DNA from: Eledone cirrhosa
Lineage: Eukaryota
Reading direction: 5' to 3'
DNA: 64,000 nt
NCBI GenBank assembly: GCA_964016885.1
Contig: OZ024741.1
Span: forward strand, 149,110,001-149,174,000
Shown here: positions 24,627-39,050 of the stretch, one piece after another
Position numbering within the stretch: position 1 is the stretch's first letter
Layout of the letters: every line of letters starts with the position of its first letter
Made by a program: the position numbers and the translations under genes
Notes under the pieces: generated by a model
Told to the model about the DNA's origin: nothing
The model's database searches: none
What the model saw: the letters and a program-made list of their open reading frames with translations, nothing else

Positions 24627-27600
24627 ATATATACACACCTGTGTGTTGTGTTTTAGTGTACTTATGTGTGTATATACACACCTGTATGTGTGTTGTGTTT
24701 TAGTGTATTTATGTGTGTATATACACACCTGTGTGTTGTGTTTTAGTGTACTTATGTGTGTATATATATACACACCTGTATGTGTGTTGTGTTTTAGTGT
24801 ATTTATGTGTGTATATATATACACACCTGTATGTGTGTTGTGTTTTAGTGTATTTATGTGTGTATATACACACCTGTATGTGTGTTGTGTTTTAGTGTAT
24901 TTATGTGTGTATATATATACACACCTGTATGTGTGTTGTGTTTTAGTGTATTTATGTGTGTATATATATACACACCTGTATGTGTGTTGTGTTTTAGTGT
25001 ATTTATGTGTGTATATATATACACACCTGTATGTGTGTTGTGTTTTAGTGTATTTATGTGTGTATATATATACACACCTGTATGTGTGTTGTGTTTTAGT
25101 GTATTTATGTGTGTATATATATACACACCTGTATGTGTGTTGTGTTTTAGTGTACTTATGTGTGTATATACACACCTGTATGTGTGTTGTGTTTTAGTGT
25201 ATTTATGTGTGTATATACACACCTGTATGTGTGTTGTTTTTTAGTGTATTTATGTGTGTATATACACACCTGTATGTGTGTTGTGTTTTAGTGTATTTAT
25301 GTGTGTATATATATACACACCTGTATGTGTGTTGTGTTTTAGTGTATTTATGTGTGTATATATATACACACCTGTATGTGTGTTGTGTTTTAGTGTATTT
25401 ATGTGTGTATATATATACACACCTGTATGTGTGTTGTGTTTTAGTGTATTTATGTGTGTATATACACACCTGTATGTGTGTTGTGTTTTAGTGTATTTAT
25501 GTGTGTATATATATACACACCTGTATGTGTGTTGTGTTTTAGTGTATTTATGTGTGTATATACACACCTGTATGTGTGTTGTGTTTTAGTGTATTTATGT
25601 GTGTATATATATACACACCTGTATGTGTGTTGTATTTTAGTGTATTTATGTGTGTATATATATACACACCTGTATGTGTGTTGTGTTTTAGTGTATTTAT
25701 GTGTGTATATACACACCTGTATGTGTGTTGTGTTTTAGTGTATTTATGTGTGTATATATACACACCTGTATGTGTGTTGTGTTTTAGTGTATTTATGTGT
25801 GTATATATATACACACCTGTATGTGTGTTGTGTTTTAGTGTATTTATGTGTGTATATACACACTTGTATGTGTGTTGTGTTTTAGTGTATTTATGTGTGT
25901 ATATATATACACACCTGTATGTGTGTTGTATTTTAGTGTATTTATGTGTGTATATATATACACACCTGTATGTGTGTTGTGTTTTAGTGTATTTATGTGT
26001 GTATATACACACTTGTATGTGTGTTGTGTTTTAGTGTATTTATGTGTGTATATATATACACACCTGTATGTGTGTTGTATTTTAGTGTATTTATGTGTGT
26101 ATATATATACACACCTGTATGTGTGTTGTGTTTTAGTGTATTTATGTGTGTATATATATACACACCTGTATGTGTGTTGTGTTTTAGTGTATTTATGTGT
26201 GTATATATATACACACCTGTATGTGTGTTGTGTTTTAGTGTATTTATGTGTGTATATACACACCTGTATGTGTGTTGTGTTTTAGTGTACTTATGTGTGT
26301 ATATACACACCTGTATGTGTGTTGTGTTTTAGTGTATTTATGTGTGTATATACACACCTGTATGTGTGTTGTTTTTTAGTGTATTTATGTGTGTATATAC
26401 ACACCTGTATGTGTGTTGTGTTTTAGTGTATTTATGTGTGTATATATATACACACCTGTATGTGTGTTGTGTTTTAGTGTATTTATGTGTGTATATATAT
26501 ACACACCTGTATGTGTGTTGTGTTTTAGTGTATTTATGTGTGTATATATATACACACCTGTATGTGTGTTGTGTTTTAGTGTATTTATGTGTGTATATAC
26601 ACACCTGTATGTGTGTTGTGTTTTAGTGTATTTATGTGTGTATATATATACACACCTGTATGTGTGTTGTGTTTTAGTGTATTTATGTGTGTATATACAC
26701 ACCTGTATGTGTGTTGTGTTTTAGTGTATTTATGTGTGTATATATATACACACCTGTATGTGTGTTGTATTTTAGTGTATTTATGTGTGTATATATATAC
26801 ACACCTGTATGTGTGTTGTGTTTTAGTGTATTTATGTGTGTATATACACACCTGTATGTGTGTTGTGTTTTAGTGTATTTATGTGTGTATATATATACAC
26901 ACCTGTATGTGTGTTGTGTTTTAGTGTATTTATGTGTGTATATATATACACACCTGTATGTGTGTTGTGTTTTAGTGTATTTATGTGTGTATATACACAC
27001 CTGTATGTGTGTTGTGTTTTAGTGTATTTATGTGTGTATATATATACACACCTGTATGTGTGTTGTGTTTTAGTGTATTTATGTGTGTATATATATACAC
27101 ACCTGTATGTGTGTTGTATTTTAGTGTATTTATGTGTGTATATATATACACACCTGTATGTGTGTTGTGTTTTAGTGTATTTATGTGTGTATATATATAC
27201 ACACCTGTATGTGTGTTGTATTTTAGTGTATTTATGTGTGTATATACACACTTGTGTGTTGTGTTTTAGTGTATTTATGTGTGTATATATACACATCTGT
27301 ATGTGTGTTGTGTTTTAGTGTATTTATGTGTGTGTATATATATACACACCTGTATGTGTGTTGTGTTTTAGTGTATTTATGTGTGTATATACACACCTGT
27401 ATGTGTGTTGTGTTTTAGTGTATATATATATACACACCTGTATGTGTGTTTTGTTTTAGTGTATTTATGCCTGTATATATACACACCTGTATGTGTGTTG
27501 TGTTTTAGTGTATTTATGTGTATATATACACACCTGTATGTGTGTTGTGTTTTAGTGTATTTATGTGTATATATACACACCTGTATGTGTGTTGTGTTTT

Positions 27601-27980
27601 AGTGTATTTATGCCTGTATATATACACACCTGTATGTGTGTTGTGTTTTAGTGTATTTATGTGTATATATACACACCTCAATGTGTGTTGTGTTTTAGTG
27701 TATTTATGCCTGTATATATACACACCTGTGTGTGTTGTGTTTTAGTGTATTTATGTGTATATATACACACCTGTATGTGTGTTGTGTTTTAGTGTATTTA
27801 TGCCTGTATATATACACACCTGTGTGTGTTGTGTTTTAGTGTATTTATGTGTATATATACACACCTGTATGTGTGTTGTGTTTTAGTGTATTTATGTGTA
27901 TATATACACACCTGTATGTGTGTTGTGTTTTAGTGTATTTATGCCTGTATATATACACACCTGTGTGTGTTGTGTTTTAC
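24627..27980. repeat. 47/51-bp minisatellite array (acacacctgtatgtgtgttgtgttttagtgtatttatgtgtgt(at)n), ~3.3 kb
   Basis: Read directly; unit length varies with the (AT) count. Confidence 0.97.
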
Positions 27981-28112
27981 TGTATTTGTATATACGCAAG
28001 TGTTGTTTTAGTGTTTTTTTGTGTATATATATTTATTTACATCTGTATGTATGTTATGTTTTTTGTGTGTATATACACACCTGTATATGTGTTGGTGTTG
28101 GGTTTTAGTGTA

Positions 28113-28152
<40 letters not shown>

Positions 28153-28894
28153 AGTGTTTTAGTATATTTGTATATGTATGCATGAGTATGTGTAAGTGCC
28201 TTAGAATATTTGTGTGTATATAATATATTGTGAGGCATGCAAACATGTCTATAAAAAGTACATCTATATACTTACTATCACACACACACATATATACAGA
28301 AACATAAATTGTTCCACATACATATATATGATGATAAAGACAAATAGTTATACAGATAGCCATGTACTCCACCCACACATACACTTCATTCTCTCAAATT
28401 CCTTAAAACTTAATAAAGAGACAAATATTCCCGGTATTTAAATTACTTCCTACTCACAATAACAGATCCTCTGCTCTAGACACAAAAGAGTGCAAGATAG
28501 TTTGGTATGAACCTCCATCAGTTTCGATGATGAGTGTTCCAGTTGTTCAGTGTTCTCATGAGATTAACATGTAAGGAACTGAACATTCTACAGTTGTGCA
28601 CTCTTAATGTAATTCTCAGTGAGATTCGAAGTGGCACAGTGTGAGACAAGGCTATACAGGTACAGTCTATGACAAACTTTCAAACAGTTTCCATCAACCC
28701 AATTTCCTTCACAAGGTATGGGTCAACCCAGGGCAATGATAAATGACACTGACTTAAGTTGCCCCACGCAAAAAAACCTAATGATTGAGAAGTTAACTTC
28801 TTAACTATTTAGCTATGCTGCATCCACATGAGACAGTTTATTGAATCAAAAACTTCACTATATTAATGATATATCATCAAAAGGGTTTCTGATA

Positions 28895-29060
28895 TAGGCA
28901 CAAGGCCAGCAATTTTGGAGGAAGTGAAAGTCAATTAAATTGACCCCAGCGCATGACCAGTACTTTATTTTATCGACCCCGTAAGGATAAAAGGCAAAGT
29001 TAACCTCGGCAGGGTTTGAACTCAGAATGTAAAGGGCTGTAACTCTATGCTGCGAAGCAG
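28895..29060 (-). mobile_element. SINE; copies at 45385-45512 (-) and 47444-47563 (+)
   Basis: Shared core gtactttattttatcgaccccgtaaggat(g/a)aaaggcaaagttaacctcggc...tttgaactcagaa. Confidence 0.75.
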
Positions 29061-30379
29061 GGTGTCCAACAATATGTCCACTTCTTCATGCTGGCACTGG
29101 TTGGATGTGTAGTTACAAACCAAATGAGTACTTAATCAGAGCTACTGTCCTCCTAGGTGGCAACAGTGAACCATATTTCACTCAATGTGTTTCATTTTGG
29201 AATGTTTTCTATGACTGGATACCCTACTTAATGCCAACCACTTTACAGGATGAACTAGGTATATTTTAATGTAGCACAAGCACTAGAGAGGTGCCTATGT
29301 CCTTCACATGACTTAAAAATCCACTTAATCCTTTGTTTAGCATGGTTTCTACAGCTGGATGCCATTCTTATTTTAAAGACCATATTGCAAGCATTTTGTC
29401 ATGGTTCCAACACTAAGGAGGTTGACAAGTTTTTGATGTGATTGAAGAGTCCTTACTACCCATTTTTGGCATGGCTGCTACAGTTGAATGCACTTCCTAA
29501 CAGCAGTGTACTGGATGCATTTTATCGTAATACAAGCACTAGGGAGGTTGTCATGCCAACCATGAAAATGCATATTCAACTGAGTATCTTGTCATTAAGT
29601 CAGCCAAATAATATATAGAAGTAGATAGGTGAAATGAACAAGATATTAGATTAATCTTGACTTCAAATCCACTATTCAAATCCACACTTCAAATCTACTA
29701 TTTAGTCAAAGAGAAAGGGTAGTGTCAATTATCCTTTTTAGGGCTTCCATGACTATTGGGTGCAAGTGGGTTAAGAAGGTACACTCACATCAGAGACCTG
29801 GCTGAAATACTTGTGATCTTTATTAAAGGCATCCAAGGGTCTGGTGGTGGTGTTAAACAAGTTGAGGCAATAAATTATCTATCCCTGTAGGCTACAATAG
29901 AATTTGAATTTAGAATGTAAAGAACTGAAACAAATACTATATGACAGTAAGCCAAATGCTCTAGCAATTCCTCTAATCCACCAAACATGAATTGGTACAT
30001 TATTTTATCAACCTCAAAAAGACAAAAAGGAAATTAACCTTGACATTTCATTGTCTTCACAGTTCATCAGCCCTCACTTACTGAAAAGAAATTTAAGTAC
30101 TATCATAAGAGATTGTTAAATGAAGATAACACATGTAAGGGTCTACTCCAAGTAGACTCCCTACAACAGAGGGACCAGCAATCCAAGTTGAGAATTGTAT
30201 TGTAACAAGTGCAATTAAAAACACAATAGCAGTGAAAGTATTCTATGAGGAATAGCTGTTGAGATGATTAAATATCTGGTGAGTAGTGTTCTGGCTAGTT
30301 ACCCACATAGTTAATCAGATAGTACAAGAAGTGACTGGTGTAGCAGCAGCATCGTCAACTGCAACAGGGGCAAAGGAGA

Positions 30380-30885
30380 TGTAGTTGAGAGAGGCAATTA
30401 TAGAGGCATCATATTGCTGGTCACAGAGAGAGTAACAGCACAATTGGTTAGAAACAAAATTTACTTTGATGCGATGCAATTCGGCTTTGTACTGGGAAGA
30501 GGTACTACTGATGCCATCTTCCTAGTGAGTTAACAGCAGGAGAAATACTTAGCTGCGAGTAAGCCCCTATACCTAGCATTCTTTGACTTGGAGTTCCACT
30601 CTGTAATCTGATTAACACTAAGAAAACTAGGGAGAAATGAATGACTTGTGCTGTACAAGCCAAGTACAGTGGTGCAGTAGGCACAGTGAAAGTTGGCTAT
30701 AAGTTCAATGATGAACCATACAAGTAGGGAGTCCATCGGGGCTCTGTTCTCAGCACCTTCCAGTTTATTATAGTTCTCCAGACAGTTTGTACTCTTGTAT
30801 ACTGATGACACAGTTCCTATAGTAGAATCTGTAGAAAATCTTAGAGAAGAAATTCCAGATCTGGAAGTAAAACCTGGAATCATGA
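30380..30885 (+). pseudogene. Highly decayed RTE RT fragment
   Basis: D.MQFGFV.GRGTTDAIFLV, QEKYLA..KPLYLAF.DLE and GVH.GSVLS, similar to 13690-14000. Confidence 0.75.
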
Positions 30886-31320
30886 GGGCCCTAAATATCC
30901 AGAGTGCTACCCTCAGTCACTTTCACCCTGTCCTTTGTTGATACACATAATCAATGTATAATTCCATTCCCCTTTCTTATAACTGAATGCTCTAGTTGAT
31001 TGAATATGTTTTGTTGAAGAGATCTATAATCAAAATATATCCATTGCTTTCAAGAAGTTGGCATAAAGACAATGGCCACTACTGTTGCATTGTTAAAAAT
31101 GTTACCCCAAAATTTGAATCAGCACAGACTTCAGGAGTTCTCTCTCTTGCTTGCTTCTCAGTATCTGAACAACTCACACCCCAAACAGATTTTGGTTTTG
31201 AAATTTCAAAAGATAATCTAAGTTGATGGAAATATTTTCATAGATACTACTTCAATGTATACACTTCATGCTGAGCAGTTTTGCCTCTAATCTTTGTTTA
31301 GACATACACACAAACATATA

Positions 31321-31475
31321 TACCGTATTTCCCGGTGTTGAAGACGCTACTTTTTTCCTACAATAAGTCTTTAAAATCTACCATGCATCCTGGAAGCCAA
31401 AGGTTGCTTATTATTTTTTTTCAAACTTTTGGTTGTCAAAATTAGGGTGCATCTTCAGCGCTGGAAAATACGGTA
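31321..31475. mobile_element. Small Tc1/mariner-type MITE
   Basis: TIRs taccgtatttcc.g.g.tgaaga.gc / gc.tcttca.cgctggaaaatacggta with TA flanks. Confidence 0.7.
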
Positions 31476-32777
31476 CATATATATATATATATGTGTGTGT
31501 GTGTTTGTCCAATCCCATTCCCCCTACATCCTCCATAGTGTCTAGAGGTCCTTTCAGTCGAGTCTAAGACGAACAGCTCACCCAGTACACAGTACAGTGG
31601 CTAGTGTTAGAAAGGGCTTACTTCCATAGAAAACCTGCCAAATAAAGGACCGGGAGGAATCTCCAGTGTGTCAAAGATATGACAATCTCCCTAGCGTTGG
31701 GGCTATGACAAAGTGCACTTGGTAAAATGAGTATCGGCAGCCCTTGAGTACTGACTTGATCTGTGATGACCTGTCACTATAAGAGGGAACAGGTGTTAAA
31801 TGATAATACATATATATATACATGCATACATGCAAATATACGTACATACAATTGTGTGTGTAAGAGAGAGAGAGAAAGAATGACAGGACGATATCTACTG
31901 AAAAGTACGATATGTTTCCCAGAAGTTATATCACTTTCCCTATGTATTAGCTTTAAAGAAAGGCTTACAAGTCACCTAGTATTATTGTTGTCCCCCATTC
32001 TCTTTTACTTTACAAATAGGAATTGTCTGCTACGTTTGAACATCTTGTCACTGTATTTGACTTAGTGCACACCACTTGTGCGTAGTACAAATATTTACTT
32101 CTTCAGTTGCAGCTATTTATACACGAACCGCGTGGGTGCATGTGTGTGTGCATGTATGTGTTTATATATATATATACCCACACACACACACATACCGTTT
32201 ATAAACTTAATACATTTCTAAGCACGAAATATATCCGGTATCCGTGCCAACCCTTACCTATAGTCATAAATCTTGGGTAATGACCAAAAGAATACGATCG
32301 CGAATACAAGCGGCCGAAATAGGGTTCTTAGGAGTAACGTTACTTGATAGAGTCCATAGCTCGTAGATCAAAGAATCACTCCAGGTAGGGCCGCTGCTAA
32401 TCAAAATTGAGAGAACTCAGCTCCGGTGGTCCTATGGTTATGTGGTTGGAATGTCTTTACGGGCAAAACCATCTGGCAGGAGACCCAGGGATAGACCCTA
32501 AGCAAGATGGTTGGATAGCATCCATGATAGGACCCTCTGGAAGGAGTATTTCAGGATTGTGCCTCCACAAGAAGAAGAAGCAGAAGGCGGGGGAGAAGAA
32601 GAAACAAAACTGAAAATAATGGAAAGACCCGTCTACATGAATTAAACTACGTATCTGTTGTCTGCCGGACAACGGCGTCTTTCCGTCTAAAGTCATGTTT
32701 GTATATGCATGCATTAAGTTTATTATACATAAATATTATATAAAGAATCTTAACCGTCTCTCTCCCTACACACATAC

Positions 32778-32816
<39 letters not shown>

Positions 32817-32894
32817 GTTGACGGCTGAGAGAAAAGAGTACTCAATACCAAAGTAGAGTTTTAATACTCATTATTATTAAGGCTAAAAAGTGAG

Positions 32895-32942
32895 TCTTGT
32901 TACTCTGGAGTTTCGCCTGTTTACCACAGGGTAATCAGACAA

Positions 32943-32944
<2 letters not shown>
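32895..32944 (-). ncRNA. Degenerate type I hammerhead in a short PLE pLTR fragment (32817-32945)
   Basis: tcttgt-CTGATTA (G8 mutated)-ccctgt-ggtaa-acaggc-GAAA-ctccagag-TA^acaaga. Confidence 0.65.
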
Positions 32945-32986
<42 letters not shown>

Positions 32987-34038
32987 ATGTCATGGGAAGA
33001 GGAATCCATTTGTCCAGCTGATGAAAAAAGTGACACGACAAATATGGTGGAAGCCACTTATGACCAGTTTGGAACGAAACCTTTTCAATAATAACCTATT
33101 GATAACAACAACCGACTAATAACAATCACCGGTTGATAACATTAAGCAAATATAAAATCGGGATCGATTATAATAAACGGCATTTACTATATCTTAATGA
33201 AGGTAGTAGCTCTAACCAGTGGCGAATAAGTTTGGTAAAATTTTAATACTACACTCGTCTCGGAAATGAGTGAAATAGTAAAAAAAAAAAATGTTAATAA
33301 ATAAATGAATTTTAAGGGTAGTTTATAAGTTTCGTTAGAATTTTGAAAATGAAATTTATATTTTTCCTAAAATCTTTGATGTTTCAAACGAATATGGCCT
33401 TCAAAACCGTCGTAAATTATTCGTTTTCTGTCGTTGCATCGCCAGGAAACTCCCTAATACTCGTCTCAAGTGTTAAAAATTTACCGGACAAAACTCTGAA
33501 ACTTTTTCAACCTCTAAATACAACTAATTGACTATAACACACAAACTATAAAACAAACAACAAACAAAACAATCACCTGAGATAGTTAGATGACATTTAG
33601 GAATACAGGTGTGGATGATTGTAATTTTTAGTAGTGTACAGGTATGAAGTAAGACGATATGAGTGTGTAGCTGTTCCTGTTTTGTTCAAGGGAACAAGAC
33701 TTACAGATTGAAATTTAAGTACTCAATACATTTGAGGATGAACTGCAATGCACTTTATAATAATAATATTAATAATAATAACAATAACAATGGTAATAAT
33801 AATAATAATAATTGTTTCTACTTTGGGCACAAATGATAATAAAAATGTTTACATAATTTCGTTACAATTCTGTTAAGCTGGTGTATATGATATATAATAT
33901 CTAAAGATCTAGCTCTGCTGTAGTATGGGCCGTAGGAGAAGGAAGACACGACGCTACTACGTTAAAGAGTTTTGGTAGCTGGGGCGGGTGTGCGCTCAGA
34001 AGTGGCAGTAAGTACCACTGTTAGAAAGTTTTACCTAC

Positions 34039-34075
34039 CTTTCCAAATAAAATCATATTGCTCTTCTGTTGTCAT
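34039..34075 (-). CDS. RAB11: Rab11-family small GTPase, coding exon 1 (MTTEEQYDFIWK + G)
   Basis: Minus strand reads gtaaccATGACAACAGAAGAGCAATATGATTTTATTTGGAAAG|gtaggt. The phase-1 donor joins the 20709-20820 exon in frame. YDFIWKV resembles Rab11 YDYLFKV. Confidence 0.85.
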
Positions 34076-34924
34076 GGTTACAGAGAGATCCAGCGGTCGA
34101 CCCTCTGAAGTATATTTTAGTTTACTGATCCAACGTGACTGAAATCACACACACGCACTCAGGTAGGGAGGTGGTGGGAGAAAAAGACTGAGTGAGGCTT
34201 TCTTATAAAAGAACGGTTGGACGAATATAGTAGTAGCGTTAAGCTTAAGTACCCAATACCGTGTACGACATTTTTCTTCTTTTTCTTTATGTTTGTCTTG
34301 CAGTAGTTAACTGCGCCAATGTATTTAGATCCATACTGTAGTAGTTTTTAGCAGATTTGAGGAGGTAAAAACCTGGTTAGTTTTTCGAAGTACTTGCCTG
34401 ACTACTAACATGGCTACATTATGACGCAACAGGCTTGACATAGCTTGAATAATTCGCTTTCTACCCGATGTCCTGACCTAGAAACGAAAAAAATACTAAA
34501 CTATAGCTACAGGACAGTACGGCATACGTCTTACCACGTAGCTCTATAAACTTTCCTCTTTTAATTATTTATTACCTATATATAGAGAGAAATAGATATA
34601 TGTACATTCAAGAACTGTGTATGCTGCTATTGTCTTTCTAAAAAGCCTTTGAAATAATTACTGCTCAGTTCTCTTTCGTTCCTAAATTTTGTTTTACTAC
34701 TCTCTCACTTTCTGTCTATCTGTTTCTTTTCCTTTTTCTTCTCGGTTTCTCATTCTTTTCTGTCCCTCTCTTACTCTCTCTTCTTATCCCTCCTCCTTGC
34801 TCACTGAAACTAATTCCGCTACTTTGTTTTTATGCCGTCGGCACATCTTTCTATTTAACACACACGCACTCACACACACATATATATATGTATATATACA
34901 CACACACAAACTGAGATTTATATT

Positions 34925-37795
34925 TATGCTCGCGGCCTCCCGGCCTTCGCCACTGCCTGTACTGTGCTCAAATCTATTCATAAAGCACACATTGTCACTT
35001 GTCGTAATGTCCATTTTCCTTAGAATAAAAAATATAAAAAGGTATTTAAATATTGCTCTACATAATTTAAAAAAATTATTTAGAATATCTTAACACAAAA
35101 AGTAATAAAGAAAATATTAGAAAAAAGTATTCTACGAAAATTATAAAACATTTACAGAACTTCAATATATACAATGTTTTTAGCGTCGATAGATTTATAG
35201 GTCTGGCTACCTCTAGGGATCATTTGTGATAAATTTTGTTGATGGCATTCAGTGTGATGTTTTTTTTTGGGGGGGGGGGGGGGATTGCTCTTTCACACAG
35301 CCACTCCTCATTGTAATGGTGGATTTGGAAATTAGGGAACACTTAATTAAACTTACAACGTTTTCCACAACAGTACAACATGAACGATCAAAACATTCTT
35401 CAGTATCAAGGGATTGCTTTTCTATAAATTTAAACTACTGAGAGGTACTTATCTGTAACTCCGAGTATGCCCCTCCTTTCCAGCCTTTTGTTATTCGCAC
35501 TGAAGAAATCTCATAGGCTGTGGAAATTCCAGGGTCCCCCCCCCCCCTCGCCCATCATTCCGTTTTCGGAAAAGAAGGCGATATATAACAAAGAAAGAAA
35601 ATAATAGAAAAATGTATTCTACGAAAATTATAAAACATTTACAGAACTTCAGTATATACAATGTTTTTAACGTCGATAGATTTAAAGATATGGCTACCTC
35701 CAGTGATCACTGTGGCATTCACTGTGATGTTTTGGGGGGGAAAGTTTGCTCTTTCACACAAACATTTCTCATTGAAATGATGGAGTTCGAAATTGTGGAA
35801 TACTTGATTAATTAAACTATCAACGCTTTCCATAACAGTACAAAATGATAAAGGATCAAAATAAGGGATACTTTCACTAAGTTTCAGAAGCTTTCGAGCA
35901 AACTGCAAAAATGTTGTCACCTTGAAGTTTTGTCCGCTTGCTGGTTGTTAAATTGTGTTTTGTGATAAGCGACCATAAAGTTGCCGATTTTAGGCAAACT
36001 CGGACTTGATCGGCATGAGTCTCCTTTGATATCACAGGTAAAGTTTATCGGAAGTCCCCTGATAAAACGACAGTAATTCCTCCCATGATCGTTGTACTGT
36101 TTCGGATATCTTTCAGTGTTCTGTCCTAGGCCTCCAATGCGAATCTGTGCGCCATTTTGCATTCATCCCCCAAAATTGCCACACATCTTTGCAATACTTG
36201 GATAGCTCCTGAGTCCTTCTTTATATGACAACACGGACAGTTCATTCAAACTGAGGCCCACGTCTAATTTGAAAGCAGAATGAGCTGGTAAAAGTGTAGC
36301 GGCAACTCCAAATGAAACAACCACTAAAGCTATTTTTTGGTCTTTTAGACACCAAAGGTATATCAAGAAGGTTTTAACAGTTCCACCCAAAGCATCGATA
36401 AAAAATAGGCCATCATTCTGTTGCATAATTGACTCAAGTATAATGTTATATATCGATTTTTAATCATCTAGCGGTTTGGGCTCGTTTTCATTAAAATAGG
36501 AAATGAAGTCTTTTACGTGGTATGAAGTTTCTCGCATGATTACACTCCTTAGTCCTAAAAATGAATTCTATTGGTGTGAAATAGGGCTAATAAATGCAGA
36601 GCATGACCAACTATTTCCGCCAGTTTGTCTTCAATCTCGATCAAAGCTGTGTTATAATGTTTGTCTGAAAAAGTTACCTCTATGTCAGGCTTTATCAATT
36701 GCGCTTCGTGTTTGATGTCTTCGGAATTGTCGTCCCTATATTACAGCAAAAGCGCTGATGGACTGGCTATGTCACAATTTTTTAATGTAACTGCGAACAA
36801 ATTTCGAATACTTTTGGCGGTCCGAGATAGAGATGCCTCTGCAAGTGTTGATCTTCAACAGACTTCTCCGCGTGATACGTGTTAAAAACAGCGCCATTCA
36901 CTTTAAGAAAACCTTAACGGCCACTAACTTCATTAAGCAGCATCTTCAAGTGGAAACATCCTTGATGTATTGTTTAAATCCTACATAATGTTTCTGCATT
37001 ACGAATTTCACGACGGTTTTCTACTGATCTTCCTCGTTTTCGCTGGTTCCATTTTCCTCTCTGTTTATCAAAGGAGTAGTAGGATGGCATTTATCTGTAT
37101 AGTAAAGTTCGTGCAAAGTTGTTAGTTCTACAAAGTTCAAAACATGCTAGCAAAGTTGTCTTTCTTTGTGCTATAGCTTGTTGGGCTGCATTTTGGGCTG
37201 TAAAATGCATACGTAGATCATTTCGCAAATGGACGTGAAGTTTTGCACCGGTGGGTAATGGGTCTCAATTGGGAATCCCAAAATGCACCAGAATGCTTCG
37301 ATACTGCACTGCTGATATATCGGCCATGCTGGAAGCTGGACACCCCGTCGGATATATTTTGTTGGCAGCATCGGAACTTTTCGGGGGGGGGGGGGGCGAT
37401 TCACAGCGTGTCGAAGGTCAGATTATTTGAAAACATACGAAAACAAAAAACCTATCAAAAAAAATGTATCCGCCGGGTGCTTTTCTATAAATTTAATTGG
37501 CTGAGAGGTGTTTATCTGTAACTCCGTTTTCGGAAAAAGAAGTCGTTGGCAAGTGAGTCACATGTTAGATTGGTCGAAAACATACGAAAAATCCTAGAAA
37601 AGAAAAAAATTCCCACTGAAGAAATCTCCGAGGCTGGCTGATGTCCCCCCTCCCTCATTCCGTTTTCGGAGAAAAAGTCGATTGCGAGCATGTTGGAGGT
37701 CAGATTAGTTCAAAACACAATAAACCTTAATTATTACCAATTTTATTTAGACTTATTAGCAGTCAACGTACAAACAAACTTCCTTTTTATAAGTA
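34925..37795 (-). mobile_element. Decayed Helitron (RepHel remnants at ~35900-37330)
   Basis: PIF1 motifs FFIDALGGTVKTFLI, SFGVAATLL, AHSAFKL, GDFR*TLPV; Rep-like EAFWCILGFPI..HYPPV; internal duplicated blocks. Ends are approximate. Confidence 0.75.
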
Positions 37796-37817
37796 TTATA
37801 TACACACACACAAAATA

Positions 37818-39050
37818 GATGCCTGGAATCAAGTATAGTGTACCTGTGTACTATCAATTCGGGCAACTTAGCATGGCACTACATAGGTTCTACGGCTGGG
37901 GAATTCAAAAAAAGATGGTATGTTCATAGACATTCTATGAAAAACCGTAGACTAGAGAACTCAACAACTCTGGCCAATAAAATCTGGCAGCTTAAGGACA
38001 CAAACCAGGAATATGGGATTAGCTGGTCGAAATTATCGGGAGCAAGGGCCTACGATAATGGAATGTCCCACTGCGGACTTTGCAATATGGAGCTGTTCCA
38101 TATTTTAAAGTATGATAAAATGCTGCTTAACAACAAAATAGAACTATCAATTTTCTGTAGGTACAAAGCAGCTACCAAGTTCGCAAACTTCAAACCAACA
38201 TGATGCGATCCAGCAATCTCAGAATTCAAGCAGAACCACCCGGATTTTAATGTACTGACTACATACCACCCCACTGTTATTAGCTGTCAACTGACCAACT
38301 GGTCACTAAATCAACATCATAAATCTCCCAACCTTTCTTTCACTCTCTCTCCCTAAAGCCACATTACCGCCATTAAGATAAAACAATCAGCCTGGCTGGC
38401 ATTAACCACCTATATATCAACACCACCCCTCTCAATTTTTATTCTCTATCTATCTACTCCTTCCCCGTCCTTAGCCCTACCCCTTATGTCTCATCCTCGT
38501 ATCACAACTCCTACTCTCTGTCTCCTGTCCTGTATCTCTTCCCTTCTCACTTAATTTTTATTTATTATTTTTTATCTTCTATCTGTTATTTGTTACTATT
38601 TTTCATTTTTTACTCTAATCCTCTGAGATTTGACCACTACGTATGTATGTATTTAGTGTTTCTTTTCATGTTAGTGTTATCTCTACCCTCATTACGACTT
38701 TACACATACACTTACTCACCACTGTAACTTTAATCACCACCACCACTATTATCAGCAATCGTATTCTGTACTTATTATTTTTTTACTTATTTTTACATCT
38801 TTATCATCTTCATTCTAACTTCTTTATTATTATCTTTTATTATTGATGTTATTGTTTTGATTCTCCGTTGTATCTATAAATACTTATGCCATATGTTAAA
38901 CCTCCAGTATTCTGATGATTTGATCAGAGGCAAACACTGTATTTAAGGTTGAGTAACGCAACTTCGAGTGATTAGCGGCCTTTAGACTCACCTGATCAGT
39001 GAAACAATTGTTATTCTTCAATCTTTCACTATATATATACTCAGTCCTTT
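37818..39050 (+). mobile_element. Penelope-like 3' fragment: GIY-YIG domain, 3' UTR and pLTR with a hammerhead-like motif (38905-39018)
   Basis: IVYLC..HYIGST..EFKKRW..H..S..N....NSTTLA..IW.LK, C.LC..E; CTGATGA-t-ttgatcag...ctgatcag-t-GAAA-caattg-TT. Confidence 0.8.

Noticed and set aside
24597-28223. Dozens of overlapping ORFs and a CRISPR-like periodicity
   Set aside because: Tandem minisatellite with no unique spacers and no cas genes, in a eukaryotic context.
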